Shown here piece after piece: positions 1 through 12,080 of a stretch of DNA of 64,000 nucleotides. Source of the stretch: Hyaloraphidium curvatum SAG 235-1 (lineage: Eukaryota; Fungi; Monoblepharomycota); the NCBI GenBank assembly GCA_025558095.1, contig JAIVFI010000004.1, forward strand, positions 1 through 64,000, read 5' to 3'. The notes beneath the pieces were generated by a model that was not told where the DNA came from, searched no databases, and was given only the letters and a program-made list of their open reading frames with translations. Made by a program: the position numbers and the translations under genes. Every line of letters begins with the position of its first letter. The stretch's first letter is position 1.

Positions 1-45
1 CTTGGCGAGCAGCCGGAGCTCCTCGATCGTCGTGATGGCGCGCAT
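1..45 (-). CDS. 5' end of a gene running off the window; possibly an FMN-dependent alpha-hydroxy-acid dehydrogenase (LldD/glycolate oxidase-like)
   Basis: ATG at 45 gives MRAITTIEELRLLAK, resembling the 'ITxIEDLRxLAxxR' N-terminus of this family; only 15 codons visible. Confidence 0.4.
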   Translation of the reverse strand, partial: MRAITTIEELRLLAK

Positions 46-304
46 CGCGGGGGCGCGGGGAGGGCGGCGCGGGGAGACGGCTCGCGAAAGCCAGAAGACG
101 CGATGCACGGGGAGAGGGGCCCGCGGACGCGCCGGAGCCGCGATGCGGGCGGGTCGGTTGGGAGGCTATGGTCCCTGCGCCGGCGGTCGATCAGCTGCGA
201 ACCCCGAGCCCTGAATCGCTGTCCAACCAAAACGTAAGACGCGTGTAGTCCTCAATGCTCCAGCTCGTCCGGCTTTCTACAGTTCGGAATACTTCTTTCT
301 CTTT

Positions 305-1575
305 CTAGAGCTTGGCGGCCTTCTGCTCCTCCTCCCACGTCGGATAATCGACGTACCCCTTGGGCCCGGGCGTGTAGACGTCGTCGGGGTTGGCCCACGG
401 CTTGAGGGGCAGGTCCTTCCTCAGGCGCTCGACAAAGTCGGGCATCACGATGAATCCCCTGTCCGGTGCGGTGCGGTGAGCTCCCTCCCCGTGCCGCAAA
501 AGCGGGAAACCCACCTCGCCATCCCGATCACCGACGCCCTCCCCATCCTCAGCGCCTCCTCCGCCTTCTCCTTGTCGTAGCCCCCCGTGAGCATCAGCGG
601 CGTCTTCTTCAGCAGGCCGTGGAACACGTTGAGCTTGCTGTCGCGGTGCGGCGGCCCGTCGACGCTGGTCAGGCTGACGTAGCCGGGCTCGGTCATCTGG
701 ATGTAGGCGAGGCCGTAGGTGTCCAGGCGGGTAAGGACGTAGGTGAACAGGGGGACGGGGTTGGAATCCTTGACTGCAAAGTCGGCAAAGGGGGAGAGGC
801 GGATGGCGACCTGTGCCGACAGCCGTGCCTAGGTGAGTCCAAAGGAATGCCATCGAGCGCCGGCAGCGCGCACCTTGGAAGGGGGCAGCTCCAGCAGCAC
901 CGCATCCAGAACCTCGAAGAGGAAACGCGCCCTGTTCTCGATCGAGCCGCCGTACTCGTCCGTCCGCAGGTTCGACGAGTCCTGCAGAAACTGGTCGATG
1001 AGGTACCCGTGGGCGCCGTGGAGTTCGACGCCGTCTGCATGAACGAGAGAGGCATGAGCGTCGTCGGCGGTTGCACAAGGGGAGAACCCACCAAACCCGG
1101 CCAGCTTCGCGTTCTTCGCCGACAGCCTGTACTCGGACACGACGAACTTGATCCCTTCCTTGTCGAGCGGCACCGCGGGCTCCGCCCGGCGCGAGCTCTT
1201 TGTAGCAGACGCCGAAACGGGGTGCCTCCCGCCGGTGAACTTCTTCTTGGCCACGCGCCCCGTGTGCCACAGCTGGGCGTAGATGTACCCCCCCTTGGCG
1301 TGCACCGCGTCCGTCACCTCCTTCCACGCCCTCGTCTGCTCCTCGGTCAGCAGCGCCGGCACGTCCGCGTAGCCCGCGGCGGTGACGCTTGGCGTGACGC
1401 CCTCCGAGATGAGCAGCCCGCCCGGCGTGGCGCGCTGCGCGTAGTACTCGACGTTCATGGCGTTGGGCACTTCGCGCGGCGAGCGGGAGCGCGTCATGGG
1501 GCCCATGGCGATGCGGTGCGAGAGCCGCATGTCGCCGATGGCGATGGGCTCGAATAGCGGCGACGCGGAGGCCAT
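305..1575 (-). CDS. Old yellow enzyme / NADH:flavin oxidoreductase (multi-exon)
   Basis: LFEPIAIGDMRLSHRIAMGPMTRSR, YYAQRA, IYAQLWHTGR, DGVELHGAHGYLIDQFL, RTDEYGGSIENRARF, C-terminal MPDFVERL...YTPGPKGYVDYP; pieces joined by short GT-AG introns. Confidence 0.93.
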
Positions 1576-1839
1576 CGCGGCACGGGGCCGGCGGGGATCA
1601 CGGGCCACAAAGCAGAGCTCGCGCAGCGGACCGGAAATCGATGCCGCGGCCGCCGACAGCGGGTGCGGGACCGGGCGTGGAAAATGCGAGGGCGGCTGGG
1701 AGTTCGGCCGTCGCCGAATCGCGTGCTCGCCGATGCATCTCTGAATCTGCCGCTCAACGCTCAGCGTCACCGCCGTTTACCGATCTACGTCCGAAGAGCA
1801 GATTGGATTCGTGCAGCATCTGAGCTCGGTTCCGCTCCA

Positions 1840-3496
1840 CTACAGCTTAGCAGCCCCCGTCTCCCCGCGCTGCTTGAGGTAGTCTGCTGCACGCTCGTCT
1901 CCGCCCTCGGCTTCAATCGCCATCAGTCTCTCAATGTGCTCGATTGACTTGGCCATTGCCTCCCTCACGCCCCCCGCGACGACCGGCACGGCGGCGGTAG
2001 GCACCGACCCCAGCGGCACTGCGGCCTGAAGCGGACCAAGCCGGCAGTTGATGATCCACTCGGCGAGCTCCGGGACGGCGAGGATCTTGCGGAGGTTCTG
2101 TGTCTGCGCGTGGAGGATGTAGAAGTGGTCGACAGGCCTGTCCGGGAACTCGATCGGGCGCAGCATGGCGTTCTTTTCGGCCTCGGTCCAGGGGCCCGAG
2201 TCGACCTTGGCGATCAGGGCGGCGTTCAGGCAGGGCTGCAGGGCGGCAGATTGTCAGTAACGGGCACGGGCAGACGCCCCGAAAGATCGCCCCACCATGC
2301 CGGCGACGACGAACGGAACCACGATCGTGTCACCCTGCCACACCGGCACCGCCGGCATGGCCTTGACGGTCTCGGCTGCGCAGTCGACGTAGCACGTGTT
2401 GGGGGGCATCTCCTTCCTCGCCCCGCCGTCAAAATCGAACCCGGCGGCGTCGATCGAAACCACGTGGCCGCGCCCGATCTCGAGGTCCTCGATGCTGTCG
2501 AGGAGCTCGAGCTCGCGCAGGCTCATGATGGGGTGGTGGTAGTGCCCCTTGTGCAGGTCCGGCTTCGGGGCCGCGGCGAGCTTGGTGAAGTAGCCGCACT
2601 CGCCAAAGCCGTCGACGGCTTCCTGCAACGAGGAGGCGTTGGCCATCGCGGCCCCGGACGCGGCGGTGAGTGCCAAGTTCATCTCGCTGTTGACGGTGAC
2701 CTGGTACGCCTTGCGGTTGATCCCGTACCAGGGCCGCGGGATGACCCAGGTTATCCTGTCGGGCGCGACGCCGATGCCGAGCAGCCACGTGACGGTGTCC
2801 ATGCCGGTCTTGCCGCCGCCCAGCACGCAGAACTTGTCGAACGGCTTGTCGGCGGAGGCGACGAGGGAGGGCAGCCCCCGGGAGGCCGTGCAGACGACGC
2901 CCGGGGCGAGCTTCCAGGGTGCCGGGCGCATGGCGCTGGTGGTGGTCGTGTTGTAGTTTGCCATGACCAGCTTCGCGTACCGCACGGGGACGGTGTCGCC
3001 GGTGGCCACGTTGCGCAGGGCGCGCTCGGCGGGGCGCCACTCCGTGCACGCGAGGAAGCGCAGCCTGCCCGATCCTGGGGCGCACTGAGGTGAGTGCGCG
3101 AACCCGGCCCTCCCGCCCGCCGCACCTTCCATGTCGTGCACGGCGCGCTTCAGGTGCGCCTCGACCTCCTGCCCGCTCGCGAGCGCCCTCCAGCCCGGCG
3201 TTGTTGCCCGCGCGGTCGACCGTGCCGCTGCCGAGCATGGTGCCCGCGACGCCGTACGAGAAGGCGGCTTGGTGCAGCGCGACGTACGGGTACGCGACGG
3301 TCCTGCAGTGCACGTCAGGCGGTCCGGACACGCACGCCGCGCCGTGCGCTCACCAGTGGCCGCCGGGGCGGTCGTTGCGGTCGGCGAGGATGACGGTCGC
3401 CGTGTCGCTGCTGGAGAGCAGCGAATCGCAGAAGGCGATGCCCAGCGCGCCGGCGCCGATCACGAGGTAGTCGCAGGACAGCGGGCTGGCGGCCAT
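1840..3496 (-). CDS. FAD/NAD(P)-binding oxidoreductase (multi-exon), bacterial-like family
   Basis: CDYLVIGAGALGIAFCDSLL...DRNDRPGGHW, YPYVALHQ, second Rossmann motif VLGGGKTGMD, ITWVIPR. Confidence 0.8.
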
Positions 3497-3809
3497 GGTG
3501 GATCGTGGACTGGCGGGGTGTGGGCGGGGAGACAGGACCGGCGGATTTGCCTCGATGCGGCGAAGCTGGGCGGGTGTCCCGATTCCGCGCCGGATCGGTT
3601 TCCGGTCGAGGTGAGAACGCGGCAAGACGCTGTAACCACCGCGGAAGCGGCTCGGAAGCTGATGCAGCAAGGTACGGGACGTCCTGGCCGGGGATCGCGC
3701 ACACGGCCGCCCGGGAGTGTAGGATGGCACTTGAGAAGGCGCACAGCCACTCGTGGCAAGTCGTCGACTCGCAGAACGTCCACGTCGAACCACCGGGCTA
3801 TGGACCGCC

Positions 3810-3910
3810 ACGGATCCGTCCGTATGGAGAGAGGAAAGTCCGGTAAAGCTGGTCTCGATCGGTCTGCTCGATCGCGGAGCCCCGGGCAGTGCCTTTCGCC
3901 CACCAGCACA
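3810..3910 (+). repeat. Orphan copy of the non-coding element found upstream of the Thr/Tyr-rich genes
   Basis: 3835-3864 matches 9477-9506 at 29/30 nt (AAAGTCCGGTRAAGCTGGTCTCGATCGGTC), followed by a GGGCAGTGCCT..CACCA block as at ~9552-9575. Confidence 0.65.
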
Positions 3911-4147
3911 GTGACCGGGCTCGAGTGCGTGATGATTGGCGCGGCGATGTGAAGTAAGGCCTCAGGGAGCGTGTATAATCGTCATTCAGGAGAGCGCAGC
4001 GTATCGCGATTGGCATAGAAGGACACAAAGCCGTTGAGGGGGTGGAGAGGGACAAGATTGGACCGACGTCTGGTTCCGCTTCGGTTGAACGGTCCTTCAC
4101 TGGAACCGATGTGTACAGGCCGTTTCCCGATAGAATGGGACCCTCCA

Positions 4148-7043
4148 TCAAGCTCCCGGCGCGGTCACGTCGTACGCCTTGCTCGCTGCGATACACGTCA
4201 GGTCCGCCGGGCCCCCCGCGACACAAGGCCCACCGTACTCCGGCACCTCCCCCCCGATCTTGCCCTGCATCTCGGTAGACGTCCCCCCCGCGGCGGCCGT
4301 CCCCATCGTCGGAGCCTTGCCCGCGGCGGCTCCCGCAAGCTTCTTGGCGGACGACCTGATGAACGCGGACGCAGCATCGGCGATGCCGGCCTGCACCTGC
4401 GACTTGACGACGGGGTGGATGAAGGGCTTCAGAATCTTGTAGAGGGTGCTGCGGGGCGGAAAATCAGCCGGAATCGGCGCGGCACGGGTAGCGGTGGCGG
4501 CCCACTCGTGCTGGGTCTCATGGAGCACAAAGTCCAGGGCGTCGACCTCGGCCTCGCAGCTGCGGATCCTTATGGGTTCCGAGGCGTCACCGACGGCGGG
4601 CTCCAGCTCGATGCGGATGGTGAGCCCGTCCTTGCCCTTCACTGTAAAGTCCACGAGGCCGACCTGAGCGGGGAGTGAGCGGGCGCCGGGCCGCGAACAC
4701 GGAAGCGGTGCCCACGTCGCTCATCTTCACGAGGCCCTTCTGCTTCCTGAACGCGAAGGCGATGTCCTTGGCGCTGGCCCTGATGCGGGACCTGGAACGG
4801 ACGGTGTGAGCGACCGAGCGCGGCGACGGCGCACCGCACGTACATCGTGATCTCGATGACGGAGACGACCTGCTTGTCCTTGGGTCTCTTGAAGTCGACG
4901 AGAGTGTTGGTCCGGACCCGCATGTACGTGGGCACAATGTCGTCGCACTTCGGGTCGCGGGGCCGGTCAGCGTCGACCGCGGTAGCAGAAAGCCCGACCA
5001 ACCTTAACGACAATGTTGTCGAACACCGCCGAGTACTCCTCGTCCTCGTACAGCATCCTCGGCACGGGCACGTACGCCAGCGACCTCGCCAGCTTCGGCA
5101 GCAGGCCCGCCAGGTCCCTGGCGAGGTCGGGCTTGAACGCAGGCTTCCCGGAGGCGTCGAGCGCCGCGCCGCGGAAAAGCGCCCGGAAATCCTCCGCCAG
5201 CTCCGCGGCCGTGTCGTCGCGCTCCAGGAAGAGGGCGGAGAGGAACGAGGAGTACGCGGAGGAGAGGTCGTTGAGCTTGGGGGAGTACTTGGGCAGGAGG
5301 TCGCCGCGTGCGCGCGAGACGAGGGCAGAAGCGCGGGAGCGGATCTCCTCCGCGCGCAGGTTGGCCGAGAGCGACTCGTGGATGAGGGATCCGGTGTCGG
5401 CAAGGAGCTTGGAGACCTCGGGGTCGTTGTCTGCGGGGGATGAATCAGAGGTGGCGGACGGCGCCGCGGGAAAGACTCACAAAGCTCGGTCAGAGTCTGG
5501 TTCGTCGAGCTGATAAGCGGGTCCATGGACTGGCCGCCGGCAAAGTTCTCGACCAGCTCTTTGGCGGCTTCATGGACGAAGTCAGCGCCGGACGGTCAAC
5601 GGCGGAAAGCAGACAGAAATCTCACCCTGCAACGCGATCGAAGCGTCCTTGTTGGCTTGCAAAGTCCACTCCCCCGCTGCGCTCGACGTGATCTGCTCCT
5701 GCAGTATCGTCGTCCTCCCGTAGGCGTCGCTCACCACGGCCATCAGGTCCTCGAGGCCGCGCTTGAAGTCGTCCCGCGATCCGAAGCCGTCAGTAATGAG
5801 CGCTTGGAACCGGTCGGCGAGGGCGTCGATCTTGTCCTGGGGAATATGGAAGTCCCCGATGTAGGCGGAGGCCGAGCCCGCGGCGTCGGATGCCCGGCCG
5901 GCGAGCTCCGAGCGGCCTTGCTCGGTGCCGATCTTGGACGCGATGTCCTTGATGCCCTGGGGAACAACCCCGGCGGCCGCGCCGGCACCGTCCTTGGCCG
6001 CGGCCTCGATCTTGTCGAGCGCCTGCCCCGCCGACTGATGTCCCTGCGCCGCCTTGCCCGCCTCGTCCGCAGCGCGCTTGGCCGACTCGGTCACGGCCGA
6101 AGCAGCACCGCGTTGCCCGATAGCTGTGCCCTCGGCAGGCTGGGCCAGCGGATGCCCGACCGTCGCAAGGCCGGCGCCATACCCGGGCTTCTCGTCGTAG
6201 GCCGCCGGATGCCCGACCACGAACTTTTCGCCGAAGCCGCTCCGATCCGAGTATCCCGCCACCTCGGGCGCGACCTTGTTGGCGACCTCGGCGCTCGAGT
6301 CCTTCACGGGCTGGGGGATGCGTGCCGAGACCTCGCCGGCGGCCTCCTGGGCCTTGCCGACGGCCAGGTCCAGCTTCTGGCCGTGACTGAGGTCCGCCGC
6401 CATGAGGACGTCCTTGACCTCGCCCGCCTTCTGCGTGACGGCGGAGTACGCTTCCTGCGGCTTGCCCTGCTCGATGGCCTCGACGGCCGAACGGGTCGCG
6501 TCGCCGCCCTGCGTCTTGAGCCTGCAACGGGCCGATCAGAGGGCCGGACATGGCGACGGCAACGGGAACCCACGTATCCTTGACCAAATCCCACGCCTCG
6601 CCGAGCAGCTGCCTGAACTCGGCCGAGGTCACGAGAAGCCTCGCCAGCCTCGCCCCCTGGTCGACCCCCTTGCGGAGCTGCTCCAGCACGCCCTTGATCT
6701 CCCTCACATCCACCGGCAGGTCGGTCCTCTCCGCGGCGGCGGCGATGGTCTGCCCGGCACGGCTGCTGTAGAATACGAGCTTCTGGAGCTGGTCGTCGGG
6801 GCTCTTCTCCTGCAAGAGGCGCTTGGACGTGTCGAGTATCTTCTCGGCGTTGCGCACGAGGGCGCGCCCGTCCGCAGACATGTCGCGGGAAGCATCGCGG
6901 AGGAAGCCGCTGTCCTCGAGCTTCTGGATGGCCGCGGTCGCCTGGCCCGTCGTGGGGAGCTTGCCGTCGGCCATCGACTGGGCGACCGCCTGGACCTGGT
7001 GAGCGGCGCGGCGGTCAGCCTCCACGGCGTTGTTGGAGCTCAT
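4148..7043 (-). CDS. HAM1-like protein (DUF5923/DUF4449-type, TULIP-like C-terminus), multi-exon
   Basis: N-terminal GKLPTTGQ...MSADGRALVRNAEKILDTSKRLLQEKSPDDQLQKLVFY and LLVTSAEFRQLL; C-terminal IAFAFRKQKGLVKMSDVG, LHETQHE, LYKILKPFIHPVVKSQVQAGI. Confidence 0.75.
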
Positions 7044-8364
7044 TCTGCGGTAGGTTTGCTGGCGTTCGGTTACGACGAGGTGTGTTGCGTTGCTGCCAGG
7101 TTGAGGATGCCTGCGGAGTTTATGTACAGGTTAAGCGAAAAGCCACCCCTGCCGTCGGCAAGGAAGCCCTCTCGCCGCGGACGGCTTCCACGCCGGCACA
7201 AGCCCATGCTCCCCCGCAGCAGGCATGTCGATCGCAATCACATGGATGCCCGCTTCCGGCACTCGAAGACTACGGGCTCCGGCTTCGTCGCCACCCCACC
7301 GAACTGCACGGTCCTCGGAGCCACCTCGCCCCTGATCTCCGGCCCATCAGACCCGTCCAGAAAGTGACCATCCCGCGCCTTGATCACTGCGCTGCGACCT
7401 TGGCCCCGATGCTCGCGTGGCCGCCCCGCCCCGCACAAACATCTTCTGGCTTCACGCTTCCACCCTCATTCCATTGCCCCACCGCAGGTGCGCCAGCTCG
7501 ATCCGAAGTTGGCGCTCTGCCCGCCCGGACCAGAAACGCGCATCGCGGTCACGCGGAGCACGTTGGCCGGCATCCCGATTTCCCGCCCGTCGGCGTCGTC
7601 GTCCTCCTGCACGGGCGCGACCTCGACGGCGGCGTGGCTCCGCTCCTTCGACCCTTTGGTATCGAGCTGCGTTATCCAGACAGTGCGATGTACGCCGTGT
7701 TCAGCTCTAAGCAGCGAACGGCCCGATAATATCGAGCTCCGCCTCGCGGGGGCCGAAGGTGGCACCGGGGTCCGAGTGGGAGAGCGGCCGCGCGACGACG
7801 GAGTACCCTTCGCGAGCGGGCCAGGCACGGCACATCTTCGCGAGGTGGCCGACCCGCAGCAGCGGGTCGAAGCCCGCCGGGCGCGGGCCGAGGGTGTGAA
7901 GACGGAGACGGCGGCGGAGTCTGCGGTCGGCCGTGCGGAGGGCATCGCGGGCCGCCGCCAAAGCGGCCATAAGATCCGATGCATTGGCACGCGTAGAGTA
8001 AGCCGGATTCCTCGCCCGCGTCGCAGCAAAGCCGGGAGTCGCGGCACCGCCGGCCCGCCGGCGCCTGCCCGGCCGGCCACCCGCTACCATGCTTCTCCTG
8101 ACTCGGATGCCCCGCGCCGCTTCCGGTGGCTCCTCGTCGCCGGTGCTTTTCTCTCGCAGTTCCGAAGAACGGAGCGGAGTTGAGCGTCTTCCGAAGTCGG
8201 AACACCGCCACGAGGCTCCTGCCCAGGCCCGCAACAACCATCGCCGATGCTTCTTCAAACAGGACCCCAGAGGGATGCTATAGCTTCCAACTGCGCCACG
8301 CCCCACAGTGCCGAACACTCTCGTGCTATCGTTCGGGTCAGCCTCTGATTCCGAACCCGACGCC

Positions 8365-9209
8365 TCACTTCGCCGCATCTCTCGGCACGCACGCGGCCTT
8401 GTGTCGGGGCCAGTCGGCCTTCTGGCACTCGGCGGAGCAGTACCTCGCCACCTTGCACCTCCCGCAGCGCTGCATTCCCCTGGCACTCTCGCTCGACGTG
8501 GTTCGGCACGCGGTGCAGAAGCTCCCTTCACCGAGGCCATCCGGATCCCCGCCCGCCCGCTTCCCGGCTTCGGTTTCGGCGTGCTTGCGGCACACTTGGT
8601 CGTCGCAGTGCGGGAAGATGTCGGCGACCCACTTGGTGGCGGACCCCGGAGGCGCGGCGTCGAAGCCCACGAAGAAGGCGCAGCTGGCGGCCCCGCAGAG
8701 CGCGCAGAGCCATTCTTGCCTCTCTCCCGAAGGCGTGCTGCGCAGGTTTATGGCACGGTGGAGTATGGCCGGCTTGACGGCCGTCTTGCGCGACATGGTC
8801 ACGAAGTTCTCCGTCCCGGTGACCGTGTGCAGCGCGGCGTCGGCGATCCCCGACGGCGACCACAGGGAGACGAGCACATCATCGTCCGTTGCCGTGGGAA
8901 CGCCGCCAGCAGCTGCTCCAGGGACGATCGATCCCTCGTGATCGAGGCCGCCTCCGCCGCCTTGGCAGCGCACAGCTCGCGGGAGCAGGCAGGGAAGCAG
9001 ACCACGAGCAGCGAAGGCCCGGCACTTTTGGCAAGGGTTGTCGAGTCGACCAATGAAGACTCGACGCGCACCGCACGTTCCCCGCAGTAGACGCACTTCC
9101 AGGACCGGGAGTCCACCGCCTTTGCTTTCCATTCGGCGATTTCCGGGAACTGCTGCAGACCCGAGCCGGCTCCGAAAGCGGGCGAGGCTTGGCGTTGTTG
9201 GACGATCAT
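8365..9209 (-). CDS. MYND zinc-finger protein with two upstream Cys4 repeats; one apparent frameshift near 8897
   Basis: C-terminal CTAC...MQRCGRCKVARYCSAECQKADWPRHKAAC; N-terminal half lies in another frame and joins if one C is added to the run at 8896-8898. Confidence 0.75.
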
Positions 9210-9449
9210 CGTGACGGCGTAGCGTGGCGTGGTCGGTGACGTGTCGCCGGGCGCCGCCGCGGTCCGTGTCGGCCAACTCCTCCAATCGTCCGCGAGCGAA
9301 ATGGACTTGCTCTCAAAGCTCGACGCGGGGCAGACGAGGACTCAAGGCGCGAGGAAGGCGAGTGGGAAAGGCGGTCGGTGCTATTCGGAAACGAGAGGCC
9401 TCAGCCAATCATGGCGGTCGTCTAGGGATCGGCCTCTACACTCCACTTC

Positions 9450-9739
9450 GTCCGAGTAGAGTAAGGCATCGGATGCAAAGTCCGGTGAAGCTGGTCTCGA
9501 TCGGTCGATCGGACGGGCGGAGCATCGAGCTGCACGCGCACAGCTCCCGCAGGGCAGCAGTGCCTCCCGCACCACCGCAGGCCATGCGCATTGCAGCGAT
9601 GCCTGCTGCAGGCGCTGGAAACTTCTTAAAGGGCCTGTCCGCGCCCTTACCACCCCATCGACGTCTGCCCTCGGCCCTCCAGTCTCGCCTCGTCCTTTCC
9701 GACCGCGAACCGCCTCCGCAGCCCCCACCGCAACCCGAC
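9450..9739 (+). promoter_or_regulatory. Conserved upstream/5' region of the Thr/Tyr-rich gene family with TATA-like AAACTTCTTAA
   Basis: Alignable with 30742-30990 (-), 53020-53219 (+) and 32520-32660 (-); TTCTTAA sits ~110 nt before the ATG in each gene copy. Confidence 0.6.
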
Positions 9740-10709
9740 ATGCGCTCGTGGTTGTTTGCCGTCGTCTGCGCCCTGGCCTTGGTGGCCTCTGCCGTCGCTG
9801 TTCCCCATAACGGCGGCGACAAGCAGGTTCGTCGGGCTTGCCGCCGATCCCGAGCGTCTTGACTCACCGATCTCCTTCCGCAGTGCTCGACGTACACCAA
9901 GTACAAGACGGTCGACAAGACCTACACGTACACCTCTACGTACACGAGCTATCACCCGACGACGACGACGTCCTACAAGACCGTCTACGAGACCAAGACC
10001 ACGCACGTCCCGACCACCGTGACCTACCCGAGTGCGTTCTGGCGCCCGCTGCCTGCAGACCACAGTCCTGACCCTCCTGCCCTCCAGCTACGTACACGAG
10101 CTACGCTACCGTGACCAAGTCGGTCCCGTACACGTACACGGCCTACGACACCAAGTACTCCACGTCGACGGCCTACTCGACATACACCTCGTACGCCACG
10201 ACGACCAAGTACAACACGTACACCACGCCCGTCACCTCCTACTATACTGTGACGCAATACAAGACGGTGGGCTCACCCAGAGCTACGATTCTCTCCCCCC
10301 GATCTGGTGCTGACCGCCTTCTCCTATTTTGCAGATCCCGTACACGACCACCGTCTACAAGACGGCGACGTACACCTACCCGGCCACCGAGACCAAGTAC
10401 CAGACCTACACCTACGTCTCGACCTACACGACCAAGGTGCCCACGACCGAGTACCAGACCTACACGACGACCAAGAAGGTAGGCTCCGATCGCACATCCC
10501 GTCCGCTTCCCGTCGCTCATCTGCATTCTTTGCATTCTTTGCAGGACAAGGTGACCTCGTACGTGACCTACACGACTACCTACCCCTGCTCCTCGTACTC
10601 GACGACCTCGACCTACTACCCCCCTTCGAGCTCGACCTACTCGGCCTCGCGCACGACCGACTACCAGGGCACCTGGGCCACCACGCCGACGCAGATCGCG
10701 GAGAACTGA
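9740..10709 (+). CDS. Secreted Thr/Tyr-rich protein, copy 1 (5 exons, ~240 aa)
   Basis: Signal peptide MRSWLFAVVCALALVASAVA; exons ~9740-9826, 9884-10031, 10088-10266, 10335-10478, 10545-10709 splice in frame to a TYT/TTY-rich chain; near-identical copies at 29809-30741 and 53220-54182. Confidence 0.88.
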
Positions 10710-11282
10710 GTGGTTTTGACCCCGGGAACGGTGTCGCGATTCCCAGCTTGATGATTAGTAGCTTGCGCCTCGATTCCCTGTGATTCCGCGCTGCATTAGA
10801 GGCTCCGGATACCTGCTGTTCCGCCGCCCCACGTCCATTCGGTCCGCGGAAGACCGGGCGTGGCCTCAAGAAACCACTGACCTCGACGGAGAGCCCGTCG
10901 GCGCCCATGACGCTCCCCATTTCGGGAGGGGGGGGGTGGCCGTATCGTCGGAGGGATTCGGCTTGCGTAGGGACTTGGAGGAAAAGCCTCACCCCGGGAG
11001 ACCGCCTTTGCCTCCGAGCAGAGCCTGCTCCCTGAATCCGGAGCATCCCCCATCCATCTTGCTTCTTTACAAATTGGCGGGCGGGGAACGAGCTATCGCT
11101 GGTTGTGCAACGGCCTGGTGTTCCGTGCAAGCGGGCGGGATCGGTCGGACGTCCGGCCACCGGCCGGCCTTCCGCGGGCGGCGCAACGGCACCCGCGTCG
11201 GCGCAATTCCATCGAGTGAAGCTGCATCGGCAGCTAATTCTTGATCCCGTCTTCGCCCGGCCTGCACTCACTCCCCTCGACA

Positions 11283-11782
11283 ATGGCACTCCGCACCGCC
11301 GCCTTCGCCGCCGCCGTCCTCGTCCTGGCGCCGCCGGGCTGACCGCCGCCGCGCCCGCCGGAGCCCCCGACGTCGGCATCTTCAAGCGCGCCTGCTCCGA
11401 ATGCAGCACCCAGGACCACTACTGGTCCGGACACCCGCTGCCCGCACCGCAGAAAGCACCGCGCTGACCTCCCCCCGCCGGCAGCGAGTACGCCTACCCC
11501 GGCGCCCCCGCCGGCACCGTCGCCTGCGTCTCCTACGCCTCCGCCGGCCCGCGCGCCCTGTACCGGCGCTACGGCCCCGCCCTGACCTGCTTTTCCGCCG
11601 GCACCGACACCACCTGCTCCGGCACGGTGTCCAAGAGCGAGCCTTCGGGCGTGGCGACGGCGGGCGCGTGCCAGGCCTACTGCTCGCCTTCGCTCTACTT
11701 TGCCCATGCCGCTTCCACCGGGGCGTGCACCTGCTTCTCGTCGTGCGGGAGCAACGTCGCGGCACCCGGGTTCGACCTCTAA
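11283..11782 (+). CDS. Small secreted Cys-rich protein, PAN/apple-like C-terminus (2 exons)
   Basis: Not in the ORF track as a unit: MALRTAAFAAAVLVLAPPGLTAAAP...IFKRACSECSTQDHYC|EYAYP...GACQAYCSPSLYFAHAASTGACTCFSSCG...FDL*, with one GT-AG intron carrying a CTGAC branch site. Confidence 0.75.
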
Positions 11783-12080
11783 GAGTGCTGATCAGATCGC
11801 GAGGTCCCCTTCGGTGGGTGCCGACCGGTAGATCGGACGGAAGGACGTCAACTAATGCCGCGGGTCGGATAGCTGCCCGGCCCGATGTGCAAAGCGCCAG
11901 CAGCAGCGGATTGCCGTGGGGAAGGCGCTGGATCCTTACGGGCGCCTGGCACGATGTCCCAATGGCCTCTAGGCAGCAGTGTACCACTTATAGCCATATG
12001 TTATTGTCTGACTGCGTGCGAGAGACCGAAGCCTGCGGGGCGGTCGTCTGCTTGTTCTCCTGGGCTCCACGTCCAGGCCA

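Noticed and set aside
7238-8000. Possible minus-strand gene between the HAM1-like and MYND genes
   Set aside because: Fragments in several frames, with no recognisable motif or consistent splice path
9740-10800. Thr/Tyr gene copies as a transposon or retrocopy
   Set aside because: Introns are retained and I found no TIR, LTR or TSD at the shared boundaries; segmental duplication is simpler
10800-11250. ORFs downstream of Thr/Tyr copy 1
   Set aside because: No motif or codon-bias support; probably intergenic or a decayed fragment
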